NCBI GenBank assembly: GCA_050943915.1
Contig: JBMNQB010000001.1
Span: 213,712 to 277,711, forward strand
From: Lawsonibacter sp.
GTDB taxonomy: Bacteria > Bacillota > Clostridia > Oscillospirales > Oscillospiraceae
Direction of reading: 5' to 3'
DNA: 64,000 bases
The notes under the pieces were generated by a model. The model had not been told where the DNA came from. It did not search any database and worked only from the letters and a program-made list of their open reading frames with translations. Positions 9,890-19,134 of the stretch are shown here, in pieces (position 1 is the stretch's first letter; every line of letters starts with the position of its first letter). The translations under genes and the position numbers were made by a program.

Positions 9890-10792
9890 ATGTGTAATTT
9901 CTCTCGACCAAACTCCGGCAGATCTTCCGGCGGCGGCGTCCCTGTGATCCCCCTTCCCAACCCAGGTGAGGGAGGCCCGGTGGACTCCGGCGGCGGCGTT
10001 CCAGTGATCCCCCTCCCCAACCCAGGTGAGGGAGGTCCGGTGGACTCCGGCGGCGGCGTCCCTGTGGTCCCCCTTCCCAACCCAGGCGAGGGAGGCCCGG
10101 TCTACCCAGGCGGCCAGGGGAGCGGGATCCCCGGCATCCCGGTGTGGCCCGCCGCGGCTCAGGTCCGCTTTCTCAATGCTGCCTACGGATACCCCGCCTT
10201 TCAACTTCTCATTGACGGCGTCCGGGCCGTCCGCTTTCTGGGGGGCGGAAGCCTCTCCCCCTACCGCCGTCTGCGGGCCGGGTATCATACCGTGTCAGTG
10301 GCCGGTCTGGACGGCTATATGTATCTGCAAAAGAGCATTCCCTTCGACGCTGGGAGCATCTCCACCCTGGCCGTCATCCTCCGGGCCGGCGGTCTGGATC
10401 TGCTCCAGATCTCAGACCGGTGCTGCCCGCCCACCGGCCGCTACTCCAATCTCCGGGTCAGCAATCTGGCCTATCACAGCAGACCCTTGGATGTGCTTCT
10501 GGCGGATGGCCGGGTGATCTACGCAGACGTCCGGTTCAAAGAGACCACCAGCTATAAGCGCATCCACCCCGGCACATACGAATTCTTCTTTGCTGAGACC
10601 AACCTCGCTCCCATCCCCTCCTATGCGGACATCGAGACGCTGGACTCTGCCTTCCTGGGCTCCACTCCCCCTGCCAATGTGGTGGCCTCCGACTATGTTT
10701 CCGTCTCCGGCCGCACCAATTATACCATCTTCCTCCTCAGCACCGGGAGCGCCCCGGACGCGGTCCAGGCGCTGACTGCGGCGGACCGGTGA
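9890..10792 (+). CDS. DUF4397-like protein with N-terminal Pro/Gly repeats
   Basis: Two AQVRFLNAA / NLRVSNLA beta-domain halves resembling DUF4397; RBS AAGGAGG upstream. Confidence 0.65.
   Translation: MCNFSRPNSGRSSGGGVPVIPLPNPGEGGPVDSGGGVPVIPLPNPGEGGPVDSGGGVPVVPLPNPGEGGPVYPGGQGSGIPGIPVWPAAAQVRFLNAAYGYPAFQLLIDGVRAVRFLGGGSLSPYRRLRAGYHTVSVAGLDGYMYLQKSIPFDAGSISTLAVILRAGGLDLLQISDRCCPPTGRYSNLRVSNLAYHSRPLDVLLADGRVIYADVRFKETTSYKRIHPGTYEFFFAETNLAPIPSYADIETLDSAFLGSTPPANVVASDYVSVSGRTNYTIFLLSTGSAPDAVQALTAADR
9926..10105 (+). repeat. 3 x 60 bp in-frame tandem repeat encoding SGGGVPVIPLPNPGEGGPVD
   Basis: Units start at 9926, 9986 and 10046; differences are mostly synonymous. Confidence 0.95.
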
Positions 10793-10811
10793 CCGGAACG
10801 GGATAAAACAC

Positions 10812-10879
10812 TTGACATCCCGGCCCCTTCGTGCCATAATATGCGTGTAATTATCGTGATTATAACGATAATATCGTTA
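10812..10879 (+). promoter_or_regulatory. Sigma-A promoter plus palindromic operator upstream of the ureohydrolase
   Basis: TTGACA (10812)-N17-CATAAT (10835); AACGATAATATCGTT at 10864-10878. Confidence 0.75.
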
Positions 10880-10897
10880 ACTTTGAGATAAAGGGGT

Positions 10898-11887
10898 GTG
10901 TTCAATTTGAAAACGGTACCTACCATCTACCAGCCCGGTGTCGTCCCAAATGAAATTTACAGTGGTGTTCCCTCCTTTATGGGGATGCCCACCGCCAAAA
11001 CAGCGGAGGAACTGAAGCAGTATGACTTTGCTGTCATGGGCGTACCCTTCGAGGGCGGCTGTACCTATGGCGGCTTTTCCTCCTGTGTGGTGGCCCCCAA
11101 GACCATCCGCTCCGTCTCCACCCGCTATGTAGGCTATCTTCCCGACTACGACTTCGATACCTTCGACTATATGAGCTGCTGCGACTACGGCGACATCCCC
11201 ATCCAGAACGGCAGCTATGAGTACAGCTTCGCCTCCATGCGGAAGGGGATCGGTGAGATCCTGGACGCCGGCTGTGTGCCCATCACCTTCGGCGGCGATC
11301 ACTCCATCTCCTACCCGCTGATCAGCGAGCTGTGCGCCCGCCACAAGAAGCGTGTGGGCGTGCTGCACTTTGACGCCCACCTTGACACCATGCCCGCCTT
11401 CGGCGACGACCTGTATTCCCGCTGCTCTCCCTTCAACCGCCTGTACGGGGACGAAAATTTCGACTCCACTAAGATCGTCCACATCGGCATCCGCGGCCCC
11501 CGCAACCACCATCAGGAGCGCATCGAGGCCCAGAAGGCCGGCGCCACTGTGATCACCGCCCGGGAGATCAAGCTCAACGGCTGGCAGGCCTCCATTCAGA
11601 AGGCCATCGACATCGTCAGCAAGGACACCGACGTGATCTACGTCACCGTCTGCTCCGACGTGCTGGATGCCGCCGCCAACCCCCAGGGTCCCTTCGATCC
11701 CTGCGGCCCCACCTCCTTCGAGGTCGCTATGATGCTCCATGAGGCTGGCAAGGCCGGCGCGAGCGCCTTCGACTTTGTAGAGATCTATCCGGAGACCTGC
11801 GGCGCCCACCAGTCCGCCCACACGGCCTGCTGGATGGCCCTCTACTTTATGAACGGTGTGGCACAGCACCGCTTTGCCAACAAGTAA
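10898..11887 (+). CDS. Arginase/agmatinase (ureohydrolase) family enzyme
   Basis: GGDHSISYP, DAHLD and VTVCSDVLD motifs. Confidence 0.88.
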   Translation: MFNLKTVPTIYQPGVVPNEIYSGVPSFMGMPTAKTAEELKQYDFAVMGVPFEGGCTYGGFSSCVVAPKTIRSVSTRYVGYLPDYDFDTFDYMSCCDYGDIPIQNGSYEYSFASMRKGIGEILDAGCVPITFGGDHSISYPLISELCARHKKRVGVLHFDAHLDTMPAFGDDLYSRCSPFNRLYGDENFDSTKIVHIGIRGPRNHHQERIEAQKAGATVITAREIKLNGWQASIQKAIDIVSKDTDVIYVTVCSDVLDAAANPQGPFDPCGPTSFEVAMMLHEAGKAGASAFDFVEIYPETCGAHQSAHTACWMALYFMNGVAQHRFANK

Positions 11888-11921
11888 GGCTCATACCGAT
11901 TTTCTTCCCGCTCACCCGATC

Positions 11922-11960
11922 AAAAAATGGGACCGCCCAGCTGGGCGGTCCCATTTTTTT
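11922..11960. terminator. Bidirectional terminator
   Basis: AAAAAATGGGACCGCCCAG/CTGGGCGGTCCCATTTTTT perfect inverted repeat between convergent genes. Confidence 0.85.
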
Positions 11961-11990
11961 GAATGTGCTTCCACTGTCCGGAGCGTCCGG

Positions 11991-12761
11991 TCACAGCAGC
12001 TCCTCCCGGACGAATGCGGCAAAATCCTGCATGGGCGGAAGGGCCTGCTGTGCCACCTCCTGCACCACCGAGGAGGATGCCACGATGCTCACTGTCCCGT
12101 ACAGGCTGCCGTTTCCCCGCAGGATGGGCACCGCAATACAGCTGATCCCCACTCCGAACTCGTCAAACTCTGTGGAGTAGCCACGCAGGCGGATCTGCTC
12201 CAGGTCCGCCTCCAGCTCCTCCCGGGTGGTCATGGTGTGACGGGTATATTTGTTGGGGGTAAAGGTGCGGTAAAACGCCTCCCGCCTGGGCTGGTCCATA
12301 TAATAGAGCACCAGCTTGCCGGAGGCCGTGGCATTCAGGGTGAACACCGCGTTGAGACGGGTCAGGAAAATATAGTGGGAGTCGATGGGGTTGACCACTT
12401 CCACCGCAAAAATATTGTCATTGCTGATGATCTGCATCCGGGCAGACACCTGGAAGCGGTCGGCGATCAGCTCCAGCCTGGGACGCACCCGGCTGCGCAG
12501 GCGGTCAATATCGTTGGCCCCGGCCAGATCCGCCTTCGGCAGGAAGGCCAGTCCCAGCATATAGCAGTTCCCATCCGCCACGTGCTCCAGGTAGCCGTTG
12601 GCCACCAGGGTATTCACCAGCCCCCGGACCGTGTTGATATTCAGCTTCAGCTTGGCGCTGATCTGCGGCAGCGTCAGCTTTAACTCGTGCTCGTCGAAGC
12701 AGTTGATGATGTCGATCGCCCTCTGGACGGACTGAATCACTCTTACCTCTTTCTCAGGCAT
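11991..12761 (-). CDS. IclR-family transcriptional regulator
   Basis: IQSVQRAIDIINCF HTH, ATASGKLVL, GYSTEFDEFGVGISCIAVPI; start MPEK at 12761. Confidence 0.92.
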   Translation of the reverse strand: MPEKEVRVIQSVQRAIDIINCFDEHELKLTLPQISAKLKLNINTVRGLVNTLVANGYLEHVADGNCYMLGLAFLPKADLAGANDIDRLRSRVRPRLELIADRFQVSARMQIISNDNIFAVEVVNPIDSHYIFLTRLNAVFTLNATASGKLVLYYMDQPRREAFYRTFTPNKYTRHTMTTREELEADLEQIRLRGYSTEFDEFGVGISCIAVPILRGNGSLYGTVSIVASSSVVQEVAQQALPPMQDFAAFVREELL

Positions 12762-12914
12762 TTTGGATCCCTCGCAATCTCCATAAGACCCGCGGCACTC
12801 CAGCCAGATACCGGGTCCTCTGTATGATATTTTACAATAATTTCTCTGCCGCGGCAATAGTTTTTCCTCGCTCTCGTGGAAGTCCACAAAATTTCCCACA
12901 CACGTTCTTTTTTC

Positions 12915-12977
12915 TTGACAATCTCATCGTGTCCCTTTATAATGACAATATAGTTTTTGAAACGATAATATCGTTTC
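12915..12977 (+). promoter_or_regulatory. Consensus sigma-A promoter plus palindromic operator upstream of the Nramp-like transporter
   Basis: TTGACA (12915)-N17-TATAAT (12938); GAAACGATAATATCGTTTC at 12959-12977. Confidence 0.8.
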
Positions 12978-13052
12978 ATGTGAGTGGAAAGAAGCGTGAA
13001 CAGAGCAGGGCCGGGGCCGCCCGGTCAATCAAAATTTAAGGTGGGGATCTCT

Positions 13053-14273
13053 ATGGAAATCAAAGACCGCTACACACTGAAGGACAAGCTGAAGGCAATG
13101 GGCCCCGGTATTCTGGTGGTCGGCTCCTTCATCGGTCCTGGCACTGTCACCAGCGCCACTAAGGCGGGCGCCGGCTATGGCTACGCGCTGCTGTGGACAG
13201 TCGTATTCTCCGTCATTGCTGTTATCGTCATGCAGGAGATGGCCGCCCGGCTGGGCATCGTGACCCAGAACGGTCTGGCCGAGGAATTGGTCAAAGACCT
13301 GTCCGACCGTCCCTCTCTGAAATGGCTGATGGTGGCTCTGGTCGCGGCCGCAATCACGCTGGGCGGGTTTGCGTACATGGGCGGCGACCTCACCGGCACC
13401 GCCATCGGCCTCTCCGCCATCACCGGGATCCCCTCCAATATCATCGCCCCCATCTGGGGCTGCTGCATCCTGGTGATCATCAACATCGGCGATGCGGTCA
13501 AGTCCCTGGAAAAGCTGCTGTCCGTCTGTGTCTCCGTAATGGCCATCGTTTTTGTGGTGACCATGATCGTGGTCAAGCCTGACCTGGGCGCGGTCTTTGC
13601 CGGCGCGTTTCCCTCCGTCCCCGAGGGCTCCATTATGACCTGCGTCTCCCTCATCGGCACCACCGTCGTCCCCTATAATATGTTCATCCATGCCACCTCC
13701 TCCCGCAAGACCTGGCACGACCCCAGGCAGATCCCTCTGGCCCGGTTCGACACCACTGTCTCCATGATCATCGGCGGCCTGATCACCGGCTCTGTGATGA
13801 TCACCGCGGGCACCGTGATGCGCGGTATGGACGTCAACTCCGCCATTGATATGGCCGTCCAGCTGGAGCCCACCCTGGGAAGCTTCTCCGTCCCCTTCCT
13901 GGCCATGGGCCTGATCGCCGCCGGGATCTCCTCCGCGGTCATCACCCCTCTGGGCGTGTCCTATGTTCTGGCCGGTCTGTTTGGCTGGGAGATGAACAAA
14001 AAGGACAAGCGCTTCTTCTGGACGAACATCTCTGTGGTCGTGGCCGGCATCGTTGTGGCCGCCACCGGCTTCAACCCCATTTTGATCATTATGACCGCCC
14101 AGGCCGTCAACGGCATTTTCCTCCCCATTATCGTGTTCACCCTGGTCTATGTGACCAGCCGCAGCCGCGTCATGGGGCAGTACAAAAACAACATGATCCA
14201 GAATGTTCTGGGCGCCGCGGTGTTCCTGATCTCTCTGGTCATCGGCATCAACAGCCTGACTTCCCTCTTCTGA
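13053..14273 (+). CDS. Nramp-superfamily (YcsG-like) transporter
   Basis: MGPGILVVGSFIGPGT, QEMAARLGIVT, GTTVVPYNMF; lacks the DPGN metal motif. Confidence 0.85.
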   Translation: MEIKDRYTLKDKLKAMGPGILVVGSFIGPGTVTSATKAGAGYGYALLWTVVFSVIAVIVMQEMAARLGIVTQNGLAEELVKDLSDRPSLKWLMVALVAAAITLGGFAYMGGDLTGTAIGLSAITGIPSNIIAPIWGCCILVIINIGDAVKSLEKLLSVCVSVMAIVFVVTMIVVKPDLGAVFAGAFPSVPEGSIMTCVSLIGTTVVPYNMFIHATSSRKTWHDPRQIPLARFDTTVSMIIGGLITGSVMITAGTVMRGMDVNSAIDMAVQLEPTLGSFSVPFLAMGLIAAGISSAVITPLGVSYVLAGLFGWEMNKKDKRFFWTNISVVVAGIVVAATGFNPILIIMTAQAVNGIFLPIIVFTLVYVTSRSRVMGQYKNNMIQNVLGAAVFLISLVIGINSLTSLF

Positions 14274-14451
14274 TCCAAGGGACTGGCTTCAAAAACGCCC
14301 GCCGCTCCCAAAAAACGGGACCGGCGGGCGTTTTGATTCCTTCAGACACTGTGGACAAGCACCCCGACATCGCATATAATAGAAGCATGAGATGCGCCTG
14401 AGGCTCCGGCGGGACGCCGCCGGTATCCTGCGCAGAAAGGAATGGAATGTC

Positions 14452-15369
14452 ATGGAAGAACTGTTGGAGGCCCTGCTCAAGGAATGTCAGCCCTACACAG
14501 CCCAGGGCAAAGTTGCCACCTACATCCCGGAACTGGCCAAGGGCGACCCCAGCGACCTGGGGATCTACGTCCTGCGCAGCGATGGACGGCACTACCAGGC
14601 CGGCGCCTATCGCAAGCACTTCACCATTCAGAGCGTCGTCAAACCGATCCTCCTGCTTCTCGCCCTGCTGGACAACGGCGAGGAGGTGGTCCGCGCCAAG
14701 GTGGGCGTAGAGGCCACTGGAAAGCCCTTTGACGCCATCAATGTGACCGACTCTCCCCTGCTCAGCGCCCACCTGAACCCGATGGTCAACATGGGCGCCA
14801 TCGCCATCTGCACCCTGATCCACGGCTCCAGCTATGAGGAGCGCTTCCAGCGGCTGCTCAATTTCACCCGGCAGCTGGCTGGTAATCCGGAGATCGGCCT
14901 GGATGAGGCAGTCTACCTCTCTGAAAAGCGCACCGGCAGCAAAAACCGCGCCCTGGCCTTCCTTCTGAAGTCCTACGGGATGCTGGAGGACGGTGTCGAG
15001 GAGGTGCTGGACTGCTACTTCAAGGCCTGCTCCATCCAGGTCAACAGCAAGGACCTGGCGAATATCGCCTTTGTTCTCGCCAACCACGGCAAGGCTCCTC
15101 AGTCAGACGAGCAGCTCTTCCCCCCGGAGTACGCCCGTTACGTCAACGCCATTATGATGACCTGCGGTATGTATGACGGCTCCGGCGATTTCGCCATCCG
15201 GGTCGGCATCCCGGCCAAGAGCGGCGTGGGCGGCGGTATCATGGGCGTCGTCCCCACCCGGATGGGCGTGGGCATCTTTGCCCCAGCTCTGGATGAAAAG
15301 GGCAACAGCGTGGCCGGCATCCAGGTCCTGGAGCGTCTGTCCCGAAGGATGTACCTGAGCATCTTCTGA
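14452..15369 (+). CDS. glsA: Glutaminase A
   Basis: GKVATYIPELAK, FTIQSVVK, NPMVNMGAI, GMYDGSG, PAKSGVGGG. Confidence 0.93.
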   Translation: MEELLEALLKECQPYTAQGKVATYIPELAKGDPSDLGIYVLRSDGRHYQAGAYRKHFTIQSVVKPILLLLALLDNGEEVVRAKVGVEATGKPFDAINVTDSPLLSAHLNPMVNMGAIAICTLIHGSSYEERFQRLLNFTRQLAGNPEIGLDEAVYLSEKRTGSKNRALAFLLKSYGMLEDGVEEVLDCYFKACSIQVNSKDLANIAFVLANHGKAPQSDEQLFPPEYARYVNAIMMTCGMYDGSGDFAIRVGIPAKSGVGGGIMGVVPTRMGVGIFAPALDEKGNSVAGIQVLERLSRRMYLSIF

Positions 15370-15377
15370 TTTCTACC

Positions 15378-15461
15378 GAAAAAGGCCGGTCCACACGGAC
15401 CGGCCTTTTCACAATGGATCTAAAAAATATCGGACAGAGCGTACGCTCTGTCCGATATTTT
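15378..15461. terminator. Two adjacent terminator hairpins between glsA and gcdB
   Basis: AAAGGCCGGTCC/GGACCGGCCTTT and the perfect palindrome AAAATATCGGACAGAGCGTACGCTCTGTCCGATATTTT. Confidence 0.8.
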
Positions 15462-15477
15462 GATTTGAACAGCAGGA

Positions 15478-16659
15478 TCAGCCGCCGAACACCTTGATCA
15501 TGAAACCGGCCGCACAGGCGGAGCCGATCACGCCGGCCACGTTGGGACCCATGGCGTGCATGAGCAGGAAGTTGGAGGGGTTCTCCTTCTGGCCCACGGT
15601 CTGGGACACACGGGCGGCCATAGGCACGGCGGACACGCCGGCAGAGCCGATCAGAGGATTGACCTTGCCGCCGGTCAGGACGTACATCAGATCGCCCAGC
15701 AGCAGGCCACCGGCGGTGGACAGCAGGAAGGCGGTCAGGCCCAGCGCCACGATGCCCAGGGTCTCAGCCGTCAGGAACTGATCCGCAGTGGCCTTGAAGC
15801 CCACGGACAGACCCAGGGGGATGGTGACAATGTTGATCAGAGCGTTCTGGGCGGTGTCGGACAGACGCTCGGTGACGCCGCACTCACGGAACAGGTTGCC
15901 CAGCATGAGCATACCGATCAGGGGGGCGGTATCGGGGATCAGCAGCACCACAAAGAGGGTCACGGCGATGGGGAAGATGATCTTCTCGGTCTTGGAGACC
16001 ACGCGCAGCTGGCTCATCTTGACCTGGCGCATCTTCTTGGTGGTCATCAGCTTCATCAGAGGAGGCTGAATCATAGGAATCAGGGCCATGTAGGAGTAGG
16101 CCGCAATGGCGATAGCCGGCAGCAGCTCCACAGACAGCTTGGATGCCGTCAGAATGGCGGTGGGGCCGTCAGCGCCGCCGATGACGCCGATGGCGGCGGC
16201 GTCAGCGGGGGTAAAGCTGATCGCTCCGCCGGTGATGGGACCCAGGACCAGAGCCATCAGGAACGCGGCGAAGATGCCCAGCTGAGCGGCAGCGCCCAGC
16301 ATCAGAGACACGGGGTTGGCCAGCAGGGGACCGAAGTCGGTCATGGCGCCAATTCCCATAAAGATGATGGACGGATAGATGGCATACTGTACGCCCTGAT
16401 AGAGCACCCACATAAAGCCCACCGTACCGCTGTGCGTCGCCGCGTCATAGACGGGCTCGGCAAACAGGCCGGTGACAGGCAGGTTGGCCAGCAGCATACC
16501 GAAGGCGATGGGGACCAGCAGCAGAGGCTCAAAGCCCTTGCCGATGCCCATATACAGCAGGACGCAGGCAATGCCCAACATGATAACGGTCTTGATGTCC
16601 AGAGCGGCAAAGCCGGAACCCTGTGCAATCTTGGTGACAACTTCAACTAAGAAATCCAT
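15478..16659 (-). CDS. gcdB: Na+-translocating glutaconyl-CoA decarboxylase beta subunit
   Basis: FEPLLLVPIAFG, IGGADGPT, AYSYMALIP, AGVSAVPMAAR, AMGPNVAGVIGS; located in the gcd/hgd cluster. Confidence 0.9.
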   Translation of the reverse strand: MDFLVEVVTKIAQGSGFAALDIKTVIMLGIACVLLYMGIGKGFEPLLLVPIAFGMLLANLPVTGLFAEPVYDAATHSGTVGFMWVLYQGVQYAIYPSIIFMGIGAMTDFGPLLANPVSLMLGAAAQLGIFAAFLMALVLGPITGGAISFTPADAAAIGVIGGADGPTAILTASKLSVELLPAIAIAAYSYMALIPMIQPPLMKLMTTKKMRQVKMSQLRVVSKTEKIIFPIAVTLFVVLLIPDTAPLIGMLMLGNLFRECGVTERLSDTAQNALINIVTIPLGLSVGFKATADQFLTAETLGIVALGLTAFLLSTAGGLLLGDLMYVLTGGKVNPLIGSAGVSAVPMAARVSQTVGQKENPSNFLLMHAMGPNVAGVIGSACAAGFMIKVFGG

Positions 16660-16674
16660 ACTTTACCCCTCCTT

Positions 16675-17349
16675 TCAACCGATGGTGACCAGTAGGTCGT
16701 CGGTGTTCACAGTGGCGCCCACATTGACGGCCACAGACTTGACGGTGCCATCCACAGGAGCGGAGACCTCGATCTCCATCTTCATGGCCTCCAGCACGAT
16801 CAGCACGTCGCCGGCCTTCACAGCCTGGCCGGGCTTGCACTCCACCTTAAAGATGTTGCCAGGCATGGGGCTGTTCACCGCGGTCTCACCGGCGGCCACA
16901 GCGGCAGGAGCCGCAGCGGGGGCCGGAGCAGGCGCAGGGGCAGCAGCGGGAGCGGGGGCAGCGGCGGGAGCCGGAGCCGCCGCGGGAGCGGCAGCCACAG
17001 GAGCGGCGGCGGGAGCCGCGCTCACGCTGGTGATGCGGAAGGAGTTGGGGGACATTCCGGAGTCCTCCGCAATGGCGGCCATCATCACGGCCACCAGCTC
17101 GCCCTCATCCACTGCGGGAGCGGCCGGCTTGGCGGCCGGCGCGGGGGCGGCAGCCTTCTTGGCGGCGGGAGCCGCGGCGGGCTTCTTCCCCTCAAGGGCG
17201 GCTACGATCTTGGAAATGACCCAAATAACCGCCATCAGCATGGCCAGCATCACAAAGACCACCAGCAGGCCGGAGGCGGCCACCAGCAGAGCCTCGCCGA
17301 CGCTCAGCGGCTCAAAGGGGTTAATAATCGCTTTCTCAACACTTGGCAT
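16675..17349 (-). CDS. OadG/GcdD-like membrane anchor fused to an Ala/Pro linker and biotinyl domain
   Basis: N-terminal single TM helix, ELVAVMMAAI motif, (AP)n linker, LEAMKME biotin site. Confidence 0.8.
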   Translation of the reverse strand: MPSVEKAIINPFEPLSVGEALLVAASGLLVVFVMLAMLMAVIWVISKIVAALEGKKPAAAPAAKKAAAPAPAAKPAAPAVDEGELVAVMMAAIAEDSGMSPNSFRITSVSAAPAAAPVAAAPAAAPAPAAAPAPAAAPAPAPAPAAAPAAVAAGETAVNSPMPGNIFKVECKPGQAVKAGDVLIVLEAMKMEIEVSAPVDGTVKSVAVNVGATVNTDDLLVTIG

Positions 17350-17366
17350 GGATCATGTCCCCCCTA

Positions 17367-17807
17367 TCAGCCCAGGGTGACCAGCAGATCGTCCGTATTC
17401 ACAGTGCCGCCCACATTGACGGCCACAGACTTGACGGTGCCGTCCACAGGAGCGGAGACCTCGATCTCCATCTTCATGGCCTCCAGCACGATCAGCACGT
17501 CGCCGGCCTTCACGCTCTGACCCACAGAGCACTCCACCTTGAAGATGTTGCCGGGCATGGGGCTGTTCACCGCAGTCTCACCGGCGGCGACCGCAGCGGG
17601 AGCGGCGGCGGGGGCGGGAGCAGCAGCAGGTGCAGGAGCGGCGGCAGGGGCGGGAGCGGGGGCAGCGGCGGGAGCGGGAGCTGCCACGGGCGCGGCGGCC
17701 ACAGGCGCGGCAGCTACGGGGGCGGCAACAGCAGCAGGAGCAGCAGCGCCGGTTTTCTCCACGGTCACGCTGTACACCTTACCGTTGACGGTCACATTGT
17801 AGTTCAT
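17367..17807 (-). CDS. gcdC: Biotin carboxyl carrier subunit of glutaconyl-CoA decarboxylase
   Basis: MNYNVTVNGKVYSVTVE, (AP)n linker, LEAMKME. Confidence 0.85.
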   Translation of the reverse strand: MNYNVTVNGKVYSVTVEKTGAAAPAAVAAPVAAAPVAAAPVAAPAPAAAPAPAPAAAPAPAAAPAPAAAPAAVAAGETAVNSPMPGNIFKVECSVGQSVKAGDVLIVLEAMKMEIEVSAPVDGTVKSVAVNVGGTVNTDDLLVTLG

Positions 17808-17930
17808 AGTTGTTTTCCCCTTTTCTGAAAAATATGGCTTGATGTCCTTCCGGCCTGATCGGCCGCCGGACGCTTGCCACGATTCCCCACCTGGCATTTT
17901 CTGTTCAGGTGGGGAACCGAAATTGGGTTT

Positions 17931-17960
17931 ATTGTATCATTTTTGCAGGATAACTGTCAA
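17931..17960 (-). promoter_or_regulatory. Internal sigma-A promoter for gcdC-gcdD/C-gcdB
   Basis: TTGACA-N18-TACAAT with extended TG on the minus strand. Confidence 0.6.
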
Positions 17961-17997
17961 GAATCTCCGCAGATTTTTTATCCTGCCGGCCTGCCTC

Positions 17998-19134
17998 TTA
18001 CAGGACGTCCGCAAACGCCTGGATGGCGGTGCTGGCCTGGCCGAAGTCCCGCATCTGCTGGTCCACACCCAGCTTGATGTGGGGGATCCCGGCGGCGTCC
18101 AGCGCCTTCTTCAGGTAGGGATACTCCATCTCCTCGGGGTCGCAGAACTGCTGCATGAACAGCACCAGACCCTGAGCGCCGGACTTCTTGATCTTATCCA
18201 CCACAAAGTCGGCACGGCGGTTCTGCTCAGAGTGCTCATCATAGAGCAGGATGTCGTAATCCTGGTCGGCAAACTGCTGAGCCAGAGCCATCATGGGATC
18301 GCCCTCCTCGCTGGCGTCCACACGGAACGCGCGGCTCTCCTGAGCCACGTCGTCGGCGGCGATGGCGATCTTGTTGTCGTCAAAGATCTGCAGCAGCTTG
18401 GGGTTGTCGCAGATGATGCCGGAGGTGACGATCTTCTTGCCCTTCCAGTCAGCGGCGGGCAGCTTGGCCAGCTCGGCGTTCAGGGCCTCCAGCTTCTCTG
18501 CATAGGCGGCGGGCTCCATGAACCAGGCGGCGCGCAGCACGGCGGAGCGCTTCACAGCGGAGATCACGTCGCAGTGCTCGTTGGCCAGCTGCACGAAGGC
18601 GCGGCGGGCGGCGCGGTTCTTGTTCATCACCTTGATGGCGGCGCGCAGGTCGTCATCGGTGATGGTCTTGCCGGCGATTTTCTCCAGCTCAGTCTTGATG
18701 TGCTGATACTGGTCCATGGTGAACTGCAGGCCGAAGGCGGGCTTGCGCTGCTGGGGATGGGCCAGGAAGATGCAGGGCAGCTTGCCCTCCATGGCCACAC
18801 GGAAGTTCTGGCTCATGGGGCGCAGGGTGTCACAGATGGTGGGGGTAATGAGGCCGTCCAGCTGATCCAGAGTGCCGTCCAGCAGCATCTCCAGGGCCAG
18901 CTGAGCGATGGTGCAGTAGAAGGTAGCGCAGTACTCCTTGGCCTGGGCAATGGTCTTTTTGTTGCTGCCCCAGATGCCCATGGGCACCATGCCGGCAGCG
19001 ACCACCAGCTCCACAGGAGCGTAGTAGGGCAGCACGCCGATGACCTTCTTACCTTCCTTCTTGTACTGGGAGAGGATCCGGTAAGGATGCTCGGAAATCT
19101 CCGCAAACTCGTTCAGAAAAACTTCGGTGCTCAT
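17998..19134 (-). CDS. hgdB: (R)-2-hydroxyglutaryl-CoA dehydratase beta subunit
   Basis: PYYAPVELV, CDTLRPMSQNF, FCDPEEMEYP. Confidence 0.9.
   Translation of the reverse strand: MSTEVFLNEFAEISEHPYRILSQYKKEGKKVIGVLPYYAPVELVVAAGMVPMGIWGSNKKTIAQAKEYCATFYCTIAQLALEMLLDGTLDQLDGLITPTICDTLRPMSQNFRVAMEGKLPCIFLAHPQQRKPAFGLQFTMDQYQHIKTELEKIAGKTITDDDLRAAIKVMNKNRAARRAFVQLANEHCDVISAVKRSAVLRAAWFMEPAAYAEKLEALNAELAKLPAADWKGKKIVTSGIICDNPKLLQIFDDNKIAIAADDVAQESRAFRVDASEEGDPMMALAQQFADQDYDILLYDEHSEQNRRADFVVDKIKKSGAQGLVLFMQQFCDPEEMEYPYLKKALDAAGIPHIKLGVDQQMRDFGQASTAIQAFADVL

Noticed and set aside
9926-10105. 60 bp tandem repeat as a CRISPR array
   Set aside because: No unique spacers, in-frame coding repeat, and no cas genes.
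16900-17760. GC-rich 6/18-bp microrepeats as regulatory repeats
   Set aside because: They encode the standard Ala/Pro linkers of biotin carriers.
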